A stretch of DNA of 32,000 nt from Archaeoglobus fulgidus DSM 4304 (GCF_000008665.1 NC_000917.1:930001-962000), one strand, 5' to 3'. Shown: positions 1 through 12,152, counted from the stretch's first letter. The notes: generated by a model not told the origin, from the letters alone. Numbers and translations are program-made.

Positions 1-179
1 TGGGACTTTGTGGTCAGCAAATCCTTGTAGTCTGGATGCTCTACGAGGTCGAATGTTTTGGAAATGACATTGATTCCTCCACTCACTTCGGGTGAATCCC
101 TTCTCACTTTCTTTCCTCTAACATAAACATTCGGCTTCAGCTTATACAAATCCTGCCTGTATTCCTCCGATGTTCTCAT
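1..179 (-). CDS. N-terminal fragment of a 4-hydroxyphenylacetate 3-hydroxylase / 4-hydroxybutyryl-CoA dehydratase family protein, truncated by the window edge
   Basis: Manual reverse translation gives MRTSEEYRQDLYKLKPNVYVRGKKVRRDSPEVSGGINVISKTFDLVEHPDYKDLLTTKS, open to the window edge and preceded by GGTGAT. It resembles the N-terminus of this family. It is absent from the ORF track, probably because it is short. Confidence 0.7.
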   Translation of the reverse strand, partial: MRTSEEYRQDLYKLKPNVYVRGKKVRRDSPEVSGGINVISKTFDLVEHPDYKDLLTTKS

Positions 180-224
180 AACATCACCAACACAATTAAT
201 TTTTAAAAATATTTTTTAAAAAAA

Positions 225-1415
225 TTAAACTCTCTCAATTACAACCGCCGCGCCCTGTCCGCCGCCGACGCAGGCGGTTGCCACGCCGTAATCGCCATTG
301 TTCTCCTGAAGGATTCTTGCCAGCGTGCCAATCAGCCTCGCACCGCTCGCTGCCAGAGGATGACCGATGGCAACTGCACCACCATGTATATTCACCCTCT
401 CCGGCTCAATTCCGAGCTCGTGGATGGCGTAAAGCGGGACTATCGCAAAGGCCTCGTTAATCTCCCAGTAGTCTATGTCGCTCACCTTCAAGCCAGTTTT
501 TTCCAGAGCCTTTCTGCTTGCAGGAACCGGCCCTGCTCCCATTATGTAAGGAGGCACTCCCGCTGTGCCGTATCCGATGATTTTGGCGATTGGCTCAAGT
601 CCAAGCTCCTGAACCTTCTTTTTAGAGGCAAGCAGCAGGCCTGAAGCTCCAGCGTTGAGAGGAGAGGAGTTTCCGGCTGTAATCACCCCTCCAGGCTTAA
701 AGGCTGGTGGCAGAGAGGCTATCTGCTCAAGGGATGTGTCTGGCCTTATTGACTGATCCGAATCCACGGTTATCACACTACCATCAGCCTGCGGGGCTTC
801 AACGGGGATTATCTCCCCCTTGAAGTAACCATCTTTGAGGGCCTTGGCAGCAAGCTGGTGGCTCCTCAGAGACCACCTGTCGAGGTCCTCTTTGGTCAGG
901 TAGCCCGCCATCTCAAAGAGCGTTTCCGCAGTCAAGCCCATGACAAACCCGATGTCCATTCTGTAGTCCTTGTACTCCTCCGTGAGCAACTTCGGATGGC
1001 GGTCAACGTGCGGATTGTCGGCACCCATCGGCACCCTCGTCATGTGCTCGTAACCGCCGGAAATCATCATGTCCTCGTTTCCGCTTGCAATTTCCAGATA
1101 CGCGTAGGCGGTTGTTGCAAGGGACGACCCGCACTGCATGTCCACGTGGCTTGCTGAGGTTTCGGGAGGGTACTTTGCCAGCAGCGACGCCATCTTCCCT
1201 CCGTAAGGCCAGTTCTCCGACACCGGAAAGGCGCATCCGAGTAAAATCCTCCCAACTTCCTTCTTCTCAATCCCCGCCCTCTCAGGCAGCTTTTCCAGAA
1301 CCAACGCCATTAGCTCGTCTCCTCTAATCTTGTGGAACACGTCCCTTTCGGGCTTCTTCGGCCTGCTTCTCGAAAAGGGCGTTCTTGCATACTCTACAAT
1401 ATACACTTCTTCCAC
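225..1415 (-). CDS. Acetyl-CoA C-acyltransferase / 3-ketoacyl-CoA thiolase
   Basis: 396 aa. Contains the thiolase Cys region (HVDMQCGSSLATTAYAYLEIASG), NEAFA, HGGAVAIGHPLAASGAR and the C-terminal CVGGGQGAA. Confidence 0.93.
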   Translation of the reverse strand: MEEVYIVEYARTPFSRSRPKKPERDVFHKIRGDELMALVLEKLPERAGIEKKEVGRILLGCAFPVSENWPYGGKMASLLAKYPPETSASHVDMQCGSSLATTAYAYLEIASGNEDMMISGGYEHMTRVPMGADNPHVDRHPKLLTEEYKDYRMDIGFVMGLTAETLFEMAGYLTKEDLDRWSLRSHQLAAKALKDGYFKGEIIPVEAPQADGSVITVDSDQSIRPDTSLEQIASLPPAFKPGGVITAGNSSPLNAGASGLLLASKKKVQELGLEPIAKIIGYGTAGVPPYIMGAGPVPASRKALEKTGLKVSDIDYWEINEAFAIVPLYAIHELGIEPERVNIHGGAVAIGHPLAASGARLIGTLARILQENNGDYGVATACVGGGQGAAVVIERV

Positions 1416-1419
1416 GAAA

Positions 1420-3192
1420 TCACCTCTTCATCTTCTTCAATTCCTCCTCTCTCAAAATTCTCCTCAAATACTTCCCAGCAGCGGACTTGGGGAGCTCATC
1501 CCTGAATTCAACAATTCTCGGATACTTGTAGGCCGCCATTCTCTCCTTGCACCAGTTGATGATGTCCTGCTCCGTAATCTTCCCCCTGTAATCTTCATGA
1601 AGGACGACGAAGGCCTTGATCGTCTCTCCGGCAACCTCATCTGGCAGACCGATGACGCAGACCTCCTTGATTGCTGGATGCTCGTACATTATGTCCTCTA
1701 TCTCTCTCGGATAGACGCTGTGCCCCTTGTACTTGATGATGTCCTTCAGCCTGTCAACGATGTAGAAGTATCCATCTTCATCCATCTTCGCTATATCTCC
1801 AGTCCTGAGCCACTTCATTCCGCCGGCCTCAAAGAAGACGTCCTCTGTCTCTCTCGGCCTGTTCCAGTATCCCTTCATGACCTGAGGGCCGGCTATCACA
1901 AGCTCCCCTTCCTCACCAATCGGCAGAAACTCCATGGTTTCCGGATTGATGATAGCAGCGTAGGTGTTGGGAATGGGCGGGCCAACAGAGCCAATCTTTC
2001 TCTTCCTGAACGGCGGGCCAACCGTGGTGTGGGTCACCGGCGAGGCCTCGCTCAGTCCGTAGCCCTCAACAAGAATCCCCCTTCCCGCATCCTTGAGAAG
2101 CTCATCCCACTTTTCGATGATTTCCGGCGGAACCGGGCCAGCTCCGTTGTTAACGTAAAGCAGGGAGGTCAAATCGTACCTCTTCAGCAAGTCGGGATTG
2201 TTCGCAAGAAAGACGAATATTGCGGGAGCACCCATGAAGGTCGCAACCCTGTACCTTTCAATAGCCTCCAGTATCTTTTCCGGCTCGAACTGGGCGAAAA
2301 CGACGAGGATGTCTCCTGTCGCCAAACCTGTGTTGAGGTCAACCGTCTGGCCGTAGATGTGATACCATGGAAGTATCGCGACTCTCGGGGAGTAGTCGTT
2401 GTAGTAGTAGTCCCTAAACGTCCTGTACTCCTTCCCGTCAAGGTCGACAATGACGTAATCCCCCTCCTCCCTGATCACTTTGTGCGACTTCAGCCAGCCT
2501 CTTATCAGGTCGGTGAAGGGGATGAGCTCGTACATGTTCGCCACGACGTTGTAGTGTGTGAGCATCGCCGCCTTTGGCAGACCTGTGGTTCCACCGGTGT
2601 ACTGCAAAACCGCAACGTCATCCTTAACGTTCCAGCTCACTTCCGGCGGTTCAGGTGGTGAGGCGAGCATCTCCCTGAAGTCCCTGAACTTCCCCTCGAC
2701 CTTCGCCTCTCCACCGGCAATGTTCGCAACCAGCACCTCCTCCACGCCTGTGTTCTCCCTAACAGCAGCGAAGTTCGGATAAAGCTGCTCAACGGTGACA
2801 AGCACCTTCGCCCCGCTGTCGTTCAGCTGGTACTCAACCTCCCTCGGCGCGAAGAGCGGGGAGAGGGCCGTGACCGTTGCACCGGCCTTCATTGCCCCGT
2901 AGTAGGCGATGACGAACTGCGGGCAGTTTGGGGAGTAGATTGCAACCACATCCCCCTTCTTTATCCCCATTTTTGCAAGGGATGTGGCAAACCTGTCCGT
3001 GTACTCCTTAAGCTGACCGTACTTGATTTCAGCGCCGTAAAAGATTATTGCAGTCCTATCCGCGTATTTCTGGCAGACTTCGTCAATTACTTCGTAAAGG
3101 GGCTTTTCCGGAATCTCGACATCTGCCGGAACACCCTCAATCCAGGCCCTTTCAAGCCAGTACCTGTTTTTTACAAACTCAGGCACCTCCAT
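1420..3192 (-). CDS. AMP-dependent acyl-CoA ligase (long-chain fatty-acid-CoA ligase-like)
   Basis: ORF 1420..3201. ATG at 3192 is preferred over the upstream GTG. Motifs: LQYTGGTTGLPKAAMLTH, GYGLSEASPVTH, WLRTGDIAKMDEDGYFYIVDRLKDIIKYKGHSVYPREIE, PKSAAGKYLRR. Confidence 0.92.
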   Translation of the reverse strand: MEVPEFVKNRYWLERAWIEGVPADVEIPEKPLYEVIDEVCQKYADRTAIIFYGAEIKYGQLKEYTDRFATSLAKMGIKKGDVVAIYSPNCPQFVIAYYGAMKAGATVTALSPLFAPREVEYQLNDSGAKVLVTVEQLYPNFAAVRENTGVEEVLVANIAGGEAKVEGKFRDFREMLASPPEPPEVSWNVKDDVAVLQYTGGTTGLPKAAMLTHYNVVANMYELIPFTDLIRGWLKSHKVIREEGDYVIVDLDGKEYRTFRDYYYNDYSPRVAILPWYHIYGQTVDLNTGLATGDILVVFAQFEPEKILEAIERYRVATFMGAPAIFVFLANNPDLLKRYDLTSLLYVNNGAGPVPPEIIEKWDELLKDAGRGILVEGYGLSEASPVTHTTVGPPFRKRKIGSVGPPIPNTYAAIINPETMEFLPIGEEGELVIAGPQVMKGYWNRPRETEDVFFEAGGMKWLRTGDIAKMDEDGYFYIVDRLKDIIKYKGHSVYPREIEDIMYEHPAIKEVCVIGLPDEVAGETIKAFVVLHEDYRGKITEQDIINWCKERMAAYKYPRIVEFRDELPKSAAGKYLRRILREEELKKMKR

Positions 3193-3415
3193 AACTCTCA
3201 CTGTCTTTAACTATTTTTTCAGCCTTTTAAAACTTTTCGCTTTTTACGAAATTAAATAAGTATTTATTCTCAGGTTCTGAAGCCATTCAAATTTTTCAGA
3301 TTTTGCGAAAATATAATCCAAAAAAGTAATTCACTAAAAGCTCAATTGGGGCTTTGAAGACAAAGATTTTATTTTGTTTCGTTCAAGTAGTAACGTGCAG
3401 AATGTCGGCCTGGTG

Positions 3416-4978
3416 ATGGGAAAGTCTTCGATTACGGATTTTAGCTTCGCGGTCAACCCTTCGGCGATTCCAAAATTCGGGGAGTACGTTACGGCGATAA
3501 ACAGAGATGGGGAGGAGGTAATAGGGATCGTGAGAGAGATTTCAAACTTCAACCGCATGATTCTCGACGAGGGATTCAGCTTTGAGTATCTGGTTAAGAA
3601 CCTCGACTTCTCAAGGAGGTTGATAGAGAAGAACGACGTTATAGTGGCGACCGCTACAGTTATAGGAGTGGTTAAGGATGGAGAGGTCTATCCAAACCGC
3701 ACACCCATCAAGCCAAACTCAGAGGTGTTTCTTGCTGATGACGACGTGCTTTCATCCCTCTTCAAGTGCGATAGAGGAGTTGAGCTGGGCAGGATGATCG
3801 CACGTCCAGACATCTCCGTTTCCCTCGATATAAAGCAGCTCGTTCTCAGGCACTTCGCCATTCTCTCCGTCACGGGTGGGGGGAAGTCCAACACCGTTGC
3901 CGTGCTGGTCAACGACATTGTGAAAAAGCTCAACGGAACTGTGGTGCTAATCGACCCCCATGGGGAATATGTGGGCTACACCTTTGAGGATGGCAGCGAG
4001 AGGGGGAAGAATGTAGTTCCAGCAGGCATAAGGCCTGAGAGGCTTGAGCCGTGGGAGTTCGCAAGCCTTGTAGGGGTTGATAGAGAGAAGGCAGCAGTGC
4101 AGAGAATGCACCTTGAGAGGATTTTCACCACAGTGAGGCATGAGGGAAAAGCTGGAAGAGAGTTTGTTGAGAGAGTTCTGGACATCGCTGAGGAGTGGAT
4201 AAACATTGCTGCCGGTAAAGGAGAGGCTGAATACTATGACTTTAACGGCATCAAGAGGGTTGCCACGCTGGACAGACAGGATTTGAACGCTTTGGCAAGG
4301 ATAAAGGAGTACGTTTCCTCCTTCATGCGAAGGTACGAGGATTTGCTGAGCCAGAACGACATGCTGGCGAACATAAAGCCTTCCTATCTCAATGTTGTTA
4401 ATCTGAGCGGCTTTGATGAGGGGCAGATGAGAGTTGTTGTTGCCTACCTCCTGAGAAATCTTCTTGTTGGAAGGATAAACTACGTGAGGGGAAAGAAAGG
4501 ATGGGAGAAAATCTGTCCTGCGATTGTGAAGCCACTGCTCGTAATTTTCGAGGAAGGACACATCTTCGCCCCCAAGGGAGTCAACAACGACGTGGTAAGC
4601 TGGATGGGGAGGATTGCGAGAGAGGGCAGGAAATTCGGCATAGGGCTTGGAATAGTCAGCCAGAGGCCGAAAAGGCTGAACGATGATGTTTTAAGTCAGT
4701 GCAACACCAAGATTATCCTCAGAATTACTGAGCCAAATGATCAAAGATACGTGCAGCATGCGAGCGAGCAAATCAGCGAGGATTTGCTGAAGGACATAGC
4801 TTCTCTGGGAGTTGGTGAGGCTGTGGTTGTAGGGCCCGCAGTAAAGCTGCCGGTTGCCGTAAAAATAAGGAAGTTCGCTGGAAACTACGGAGGGAGGGAC
4901 ATTGATGTAGTTGAGGAGTGGCTGGGCAGAGAGGAGGAACAGAAGAAGCAGGTAACCTTAGAGGATTTGGCAGTATGA
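3416..4978 (+). CDS. herA: HerA hexameric DNA translocase/helicase
   Basis: ORF 3374..4978, with ATG at 3416 the likely start. Contains the HAS-barrel-like N-terminus, Walker A (VTGGGKSNTVAVLV), HGEYVGY, VIFEEGHIFAP and IGLGIVSQRPKRLNDDVLSQCNTKIILR. First gene of a herA-mre11-rad50-nurA operon. Confidence 0.93.
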   Translation: MGKSSITDFSFAVNPSAIPKFGEYVTAINRDGEEVIGIVREISNFNRMILDEGFSFEYLVKNLDFSRRLIEKNDVIVATATVIGVVKDGEVYPNRTPIKPNSEVFLADDDVLSSLFKCDRGVELGRMIARPDISVSLDIKQLVLRHFAILSVTGGGKSNTVAVLVNDIVKKLNGTVVLIDPHGEYVGYTFEDGSERGKNVVPAGIRPERLEPWEFASLVGVDREKAAVQRMHLERIFTTVRHEGKAGREFVERVLDIAEEWINIAAGKGEAEYYDFNGIKRVATLDRQDLNALARIKEYVSSFMRRYEDLLSQNDMLANIKPSYLNVVNLSGFDEGQMRVVVAYLLRNLLVGRINYVRGKKGWEKICPAIVKPLLVIFEEGHIFAPKGVNNDVVSWMGRIAREGRKFGIGLGIVSQRPKRLNDDVLSQCNTKIILRITEPNDQRYVQHASEQISEDLLKDIASLGVGEAVVVGPAVKLPVAVKIRKFAGNYGGRDIDVVEEWLGREEEQKKQVTLEDLAV

Positions 4979-6306
4979 AGTTCGCCCACATCGCTGACGT
5001 TCATCTCGGCTACGAGCAGTACAACCAGCCATGGAGGGCTGAAGATTTTGCAAAGGCTTTCAAAGTTATTGCAGAGAAGGCGGTGGAGAGCAACGCGGAT
5101 TTTGTTGTTATAGCCGGAGACCTCTTCCACCGAAGCCTTCCAAGTCCGAGAACTATTAAAGAGGCAGTGGAGACGCTCTGGATGTTCAGGAAAGAGAACA
5201 TTCCCGTTTTTGCAGTAGAGGGAAACCACGACAAAACCTCAAGGGACATCTCAGCCTACCACCTCCTTGAATCTTTGGGACTGCTGAACGTTCTCGGACT
5301 TAGGAGAAATCCTGTAAGGGGAGAGAACGTAGAAAGTCTGAGAATTCAGAACGTTTACTTGGTTAAAGGGGTGGTTGATGACGTAGAGATTCTGGGAGAC
5401 AGGCACAGAAGCAAGTGGCAGCTTGAGAAGGTTTTGCCATTGCTCAAGCCCCAGAGCGACAAAAGCGTCTTGGTTCTGCATCAGGCTGTGAAGGAGGTTG
5501 TTGACATTGATTTGGACATGGCCTACGAGCTCACAATCAACGATTTGCCAGAGGCAAGCTACTACGCCTTCGGCCACATCCACCTTCCAAAAATCTACGA
5601 GTTTGATGGAAAGGCTATAGCCTATCCCGGCTCAGTCGAGCGCTATGATTTGAGGGAAGCTTCGAAAATTGTCAGATACAGGGATGAGCTGGTTTTAAAG
5701 GATGGAATCAGGAAGGGGTTTATCCTCGTCAAGAACTTCAGGCCTGAATTCGTGGAGATTGAGACGAGGGAGCTTTACGATGTAGAGATAGAGGATGAAA
5801 GCGTTGAGGGGCTGGAGAAGAAGTTTTTGGAGGTTTTGGGTAGAGCGGACAAAGAGGGGATAATGGTTGCCAAGCTGAAAAGCAGCGATGCGGTGGATGT
5901 GAGAAGGTTAAGCGAGGTTGCGGCGAAGAGGGTTCGTTATGCAGAAATAAGATTCGAGAGGATTCTTGAGGAGATTGAGGAAGTTGAGATAAAGCAGGAG
6001 AGCGAGTTTTTCACCGAATTTGAGCTGAAGCTGCTTGAATTGCTTAGGGGCGAGATGGACGAGGACGAGGTTTACAGTCTGGTTGTGGAGCATTATTTGA
6101 GTGGTGGAGCCTTAAAGCAGGAAGAGGGAGCAGAGGAGCGGGTGGTGGAAGAGGAGACGGAGAAGAAGGTTGAAGAGCAGTTTAAAGGGGACGAGGAGGC
6201 AGATGAGGCAGAAAGAAGGGCAGAAGAAACCGAGAAAGCAAAATCAACGAAAAAAGCCAGAAAGCCAAAAACCCTCCTCGACTTTCTGGGGGTGGAGGAG
6301 GAATGA
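4975..6306 (+). CDS. mre11: Mre11 DNA double-strand break repair nuclease
   Basis: ORF 4918..6306. The ATG at 4975 overlaps the herA stop (ATGA) and starts MKFAHIADVHLGYEQYNQPWR. Phosphoesterase motifs: VVIAGDLFHRS, EGNHD, FGHIHLP. Confidence 0.95.
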   Translation: MKFAHIADVHLGYEQYNQPWRAEDFAKAFKVIAEKAVESNADFVVIAGDLFHRSLPSPRTIKEAVETLWMFRKENIPVFAVEGNHDKTSRDISAYHLLESLGLLNVLGLRRNPVRGENVESLRIQNVYLVKGVVDDVEILGDRHRSKWQLEKVLPLLKPQSDKSVLVLHQAVKEVVDIDLDMAYELTINDLPEASYYAFGHIHLPKIYEFDGKAIAYPGSVERYDLREASKIVRYRDELVLKDGIRKGFILVKNFRPEFVEIETRELYDVEIEDESVEGLEKKFLEVLGRADKEGIMVAKLKSSDAVDVRRLSEVAAKRVRYAEIRFERILEEIEEVEIKQESEFFTEFELKLLELLRGEMDEDEVYSLVVEHYLSGGALKQEEGAEERVVEEETEKKVEEQFKGDEEADEAERRAEETEKAKSTKKARKPKTLLDFLGVEEE

Positions 6307-8963
6307 TTCTGCTCAAGGAGCTTCAAATCAAAAACTTCCGCTCCCACTCAGACTCTAAAATTGAGTTTGACACCGGAATCAACCTCATTGCGGGGAGAAA
6401 TGGTGCGGGAAAGAGCTCGATACTTGAGGCAATTCTCGTTGCCTTCTACGGATTGAAGCCCGCCACGTTGAGAAAAAACGACCTTGTGAGGGTGAACAGC
6501 TCAGGATACTCGCTCAGCCTGACCTTTTCTTTAAACGGTGATGATTACACAATTTCAAGAAAGAGCAACGGTGAGTCAATTTTAACGGGAAAGGAGATTG
6601 TGGAGGGAGACAGCAACATAACGGAGTGGGTTGAAAGGCACCTCTGCCCTGCACACGTTTTTACGGGGGCAATTTACGTCAGGCAGGGAGAGATAGACAG
6701 CATAATCAGGGACGATGAGAGCAGGGAGAGGATTATAAGGCAGATTACGAGAATTGAGGACTACGAGAACGCCTGGAAAAATCTTGGAGCTGTAATAAGA
6801 ATGCTTGAAAGGGAGAAAGAGAGGTTAAAAGAATTCCTAAGCCAGGAAGAGCAGATTAAAAGGCAGAAGGAAGAGAAAAAAGCTGAAATCGAGAGAATCA
6901 GTGAGGAAATCAAAAGCATCGAGAGCTTGAGGGAAAAGCTTTCGGAGGAGGTCAGAAATCTTGAAAGCAGACTAAAGGAGCTCGAAGAGCACAAAAGCAG
7001 GCTCGAATCTTTGAGAAAGCAGGAGAGCTCCGTTCTTCAGGAAGTGCGGGGACTGGAGGAGAAACTGAGGGAGCTTGAAAAGCAGCTGAAAGAGGTGGTG
7101 GAGAGAATCGAAGATTTGGAAAAAAAGGCGAAAGAGGTCAAGGAGCTGAAGCCAAAGGCGGAAAGATACTCAATTCTTGAAAAACTTCTCTCAGAAATAA
7201 ACCAGGCTCTCAGAGATGTCGAAAAAAGGGAGGGGGATTTGACGAGGGAGGCCGCGGGAATTCAGGCTCAGCTAAAGAAAGCCGAGGAAGATAACAGCAA
7301 GCTTGAGGAGATAACGAAGAGAATTGAGGAACTTGAAAGGGAACTGGAGAGGTTTGAAAAAAGCCACAGGCTGCTGGAGACTCTCAAACCGAAGATGGAT
7401 AGAATGCAAGGCATAAAGGCAAAACTTGAGGAAAAGAACCTCACACCTGATAAAGTTGAAAAAATGTACGATTTGCTCTCAAAAGCAAAAGAGGAGGAAA
7501 AGGAGATCACTGAAAAGCTCAAAAAGCTGATCGCGAAGAAGTCGTCTTTGAAGACGAGAGGTGCTCAGCTGAAGAAGGCTGTTGAGGAGCTGAAGTCCGC
7601 TGAAAGAACATGTCCCGTTTGCGGAAGGGAGCTTGACGAAGAGCACAGAAAGAATATAATGGCGGAATACACGCGAGAAATGAAAAGAATTGCCGAAGAG
7701 CTGGCAAAAGCTGATGAAATTGAGAAAAAGCTTAAAGAGAGGCTGGAGAAGGTCGAAAAGGCTCTTGAAAAGCAGGAGACTGTTCTAAAGTACAGGCAGA
7801 TGGTAGATGAGCTCAAAGCCCTGGAAAATGAGCTGTCCTCCCATGACGCTGAAAAACTCTCTGCGGAGAGCGAAGAGTACAGAAAAGTTAAGGAGAGGCT
7901 CGACGGGCTCAGAGGGCAGCAGAAGATTCTTCTCAGCTCCGCAAGCAGGATTAAAGAGCTGAAGAGCTCGCTAAGAGAGATTGAAGAAGCTCTCAAAAAT
8001 GTGGAAAGCGAAAGGGGGGAGCTTCACAGGAAAATCAGGGAGGAGGGGTTTGAGAGCCTTGAAGAGCTCGAAAGGGAGGTTCAGAGCCTAAGACCTTTCT
8101 ACAACAAGTGGCTCGAGCTGAAGGATGCGGAAAGCAGGCTTGAAAGCGAGCTAAAAAGGAGGGAAAAACTTGAGGATGAGATTTCCGAAGCTATAGCAAA
8201 ACTTGAGGAGGCTAACGGAAAGGCTGAGGAAATCCGCGGTCAAATCGATGAGCTGCTGAGGATTTACAGTGAGGAAGAGCACAGAAGGTTGAGCGACGAG
8301 CACTTGAGGAAATCGAAGGAGCTTGCTGGATTGAAAAGCAGGCTTGAGACTTTAAGAGAATCTCTGCAAAGCGCAGAAAAAGACTTGAAGTTTCTGGAGG
8401 AGCAGCTTGCAAAGATGGATGAGTACAGAAAGAAGGTGGAAGTTTTCGAGAAAATCGCGATTCCTGAGCTGACCAGAATTAGAGAAAAGTTCAGAAAATA
8501 CAGAAATCTGGTTGCGGAGAACTCGATGAGGGAAGTCGAGAGGTACGCGAGCCAGATCTTCGAGGAGCTGACGGAAGGGAAGTACTCTGGGGTAAGGCTG
8601 AAGAAAACGACCGAGAGGGGAAAGGAGAAGCTCAAGGTTTTCGTTGTTTACCAGGGTGAGGAGAGGGAGATAGGATTTTTGAGCGGTGGAGAGATTATTG
8701 CTCTCGGCCTCGCCTTCAGGCTTGCTCTCTCCATGTTCATGATAAGGGGCAAGATACCCCTCCTCATACTCGACGAACCGACTCCGTTTCTCGATGAGGA
8801 GAGGAGGAGGAAGCTCGTTGACATCACGACCAACTACCTTAGGAAGATACCTCAGGTTATAATCGTATCCCACGATGAGGAGCTGAAGGATGCCGCCGAT
8901 AAGGTGATTTTCGTCGAGTCTCAGGGGGGAGTTTCGAGGGTCAGATATGTGGAGGCTCAGTGA
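6303..8963 (+). CDS. rad50: Rad50 SMC-like ATPase
   Basis: 886 aa, ATGA overlap with mre11. Walker A (AGRNGAGKSSILEAIL), long coiled coils, CPVC zinc hook, signature FLSGGEIIALGLAFRLALSM, Walker B LLILDEPTPFLDEERR. Confidence 0.97.
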   Translation: MILLKELQIKNFRSHSDSKIEFDTGINLIAGRNGAGKSSILEAILVAFYGLKPATLRKNDLVRVNSSGYSLSLTFSLNGDDYTISRKSNGESILTGKEIVEGDSNITEWVERHLCPAHVFTGAIYVRQGEIDSIIRDDESRERIIRQITRIEDYENAWKNLGAVIRMLEREKERLKEFLSQEEQIKRQKEEKKAEIERISEEIKSIESLREKLSEEVRNLESRLKELEEHKSRLESLRKQESSVLQEVRGLEEKLRELEKQLKEVVERIEDLEKKAKEVKELKPKAERYSILEKLLSEINQALRDVEKREGDLTREAAGIQAQLKKAEEDNSKLEEITKRIEELERELERFEKSHRLLETLKPKMDRMQGIKAKLEEKNLTPDKVEKMYDLLSKAKEEEKEITEKLKKLIAKKSSLKTRGAQLKKAVEELKSAERTCPVCGRELDEEHRKNIMAEYTREMKRIAEELAKADEIEKKLKERLEKVEKALEKQETVLKYRQMVDELKALENELSSHDAEKLSAESEEYRKVKERLDGLRGQQKILLSSASRIKELKSSLREIEEALKNVESERGELHRKIREEGFESLEELEREVQSLRPFYNKWLELKDAESRLESELKRREKLEDEISEAIAKLEEANGKAEEIRGQIDELLRIYSEEEHRRLSDEHLRKSKELAGLKSRLETLRESLQSAEKDLKFLEEQLAKMDEYRKKVEVFEKIAIPELTRIREKFRKYRNLVAENSMREVERYASQIFEELTEGKYSGVRLKKTTERGKEKLKVFVVYQGEEREIGFLSGGEIIALGLAFRLALSMFMIRGKIPLLILDEPTPFLDEERRRKLVDITTNYLRKIPQVIIVSHDEELKDAADKVIFVESQGGVSRVRYVEAQ
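7611..7622 (+). other. rad50: Rad50 zinc-hook CxxC (CPVC) codons
   Basis: TGT CCC GTT TGC encodes the CPVCGREL motif midway between the two coiled-coil segments. Confidence 0.95.
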
Positions 8964-10062
8964 CGAGTTGCTGAGGGAATTTGAGAGAACTCTTGAGGAA
9001 AGCTACCTGAGCGTCGTGAACATCGCCAGGGCAATAAAGCAGAGGTGGAAAGAGCTTCCGGAGCCTGTGAGATGCAGAATATGCGGTGTGGACGGTAGCA
9101 GAGGGATAGAGAGGCTGAGCGGGCTTGTTTTCTACATCGTCTCAGCCGCTTCCGTCGGAGAGGATATAAGGGAGATGCACGAAGTAACGACTCTAAAGCC
9201 GCACATGCACATCGAGGAGAGGATTAGGCTCCACATGCACACGAGCGAATACAGGCTGGGCAGTGTGGCTGATGAGGAAATCGTGCTGATGGACGGAACG
9301 CTTAGAGGGGCGATAATCAGACCCCCTGCCTACCTAACGAAAGACGTTTACAACGCACTTTCGAAGCTCTACGACTTAGAAGGGGTGATAGAGGACTTCA
9401 TTGAAGTGCTTGAGGAGTGGTACAAGGAGATAACGGAGGATGTAAAGGCCGGTATGGCTAGAAAAAACTATCTGCTAACCAGAAGCGAGTACTTCGACAG
9501 GATTGAGGCGGGATGCAGGAAGGGTGATAACGGGGACAGGGATAACCTCATGATTCTGATGGAGTACATCGAGTACCTGCACGCTCTGGACAAGCTGCTG
9601 CAAAAGGATGCGATTTTTGTGGCAAAGAGCTTCTACACGAGCGAGTTTACCGCGAACTCGTCCATAACGGACTCGGCTGTGCTCGATTATCTTGCAAGAG
9701 AGCAGTTTGGGGAAGAAAAAGCCGGCTTCATTCAGTTCAAGCCAAACCTTCAGAAATCCCTGCCGTGGTACGCGAAGAAGTTTAAAAGGCTGGATAAAGC
9801 TGAAATTTACGGAGCCTTCGTCAGGTTTGCCGATAGTGGGAGCATTTACATGCTCGAATCCACGAAGCCAATCGAAGAGGATACGATTGCGAAGCTCTGC
9901 AACTATGAGGCCGATGGATACCTCATTCCGCTAATCCACGCTCACAGGCATGCGGAGATAAAGAGGAGAGAGCTGAAAACTATAATAAGCGCGATGCTCT
10001 CAGCCACCGACCCCAAGTACGCCTTTCTGCTGAAAAGGGGGAGGGACGTGCTGGAGGGCTGA
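8947..10062 (+). CDS. nurA: NurA 5'-3' nuclease
   Basis: 371 aa, starts 17 nt inside the rad50 end. Contains the NurA-type VDGSRG acidic motif and the C-terminal YEADGYLIPLIHAHRHAEI, in an operon with herA-mre11-rad50. Confidence 0.88.
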   Translation: MWRLSDELLREFERTLEESYLSVVNIARAIKQRWKELPEPVRCRICGVDGSRGIERLSGLVFYIVSAASVGEDIREMHEVTTLKPHMHIEERIRLHMHTSEYRLGSVADEEIVLMDGTLRGAIIRPPAYLTKDVYNALSKLYDLEGVIEDFIEVLEEWYKEITEDVKAGMARKNYLLTRSEYFDRIEAGCRKGDNGDRDNLMILMEYIEYLHALDKLLQKDAIFVAKSFYTSEFTANSSITDSAVLDYLAREQFGEEKAGFIQFKPNLQKSLPWYAKKFKRLDKAEIYGAFVRFADSGSIYMLESTKPIEEDTIAKLCNYEADGYLIPLIHAHRHAEIKRRELKTIISAMLSATDPKYAFLLKRGRDVLEG

Positions 10063-10087
10063 GAATTCAGTTAAATAAAATTAAAAA

Positions 10088-12151
<2,064 letters not shown>

Positions 12152-12152
12152 C

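Noticed and set aside
1330-2661. Plus-strand 443-aa ORF opposite the acyl-CoA ligase and thiolase start
   Set aside because: Lies antisense to a well-supported ligase with canonical motifs and has no recognisable domain. It is a typical shadow ORF from codon bias.
3947-4561. Minus-strand 204-aa ORF opposite herA, and the 8264..8635 and 8352..8873 minus-strand ORFs opposite rad50
   Set aside because: Antisense to strong HerA and Rad50 motifs. No start context, domain or independent support.
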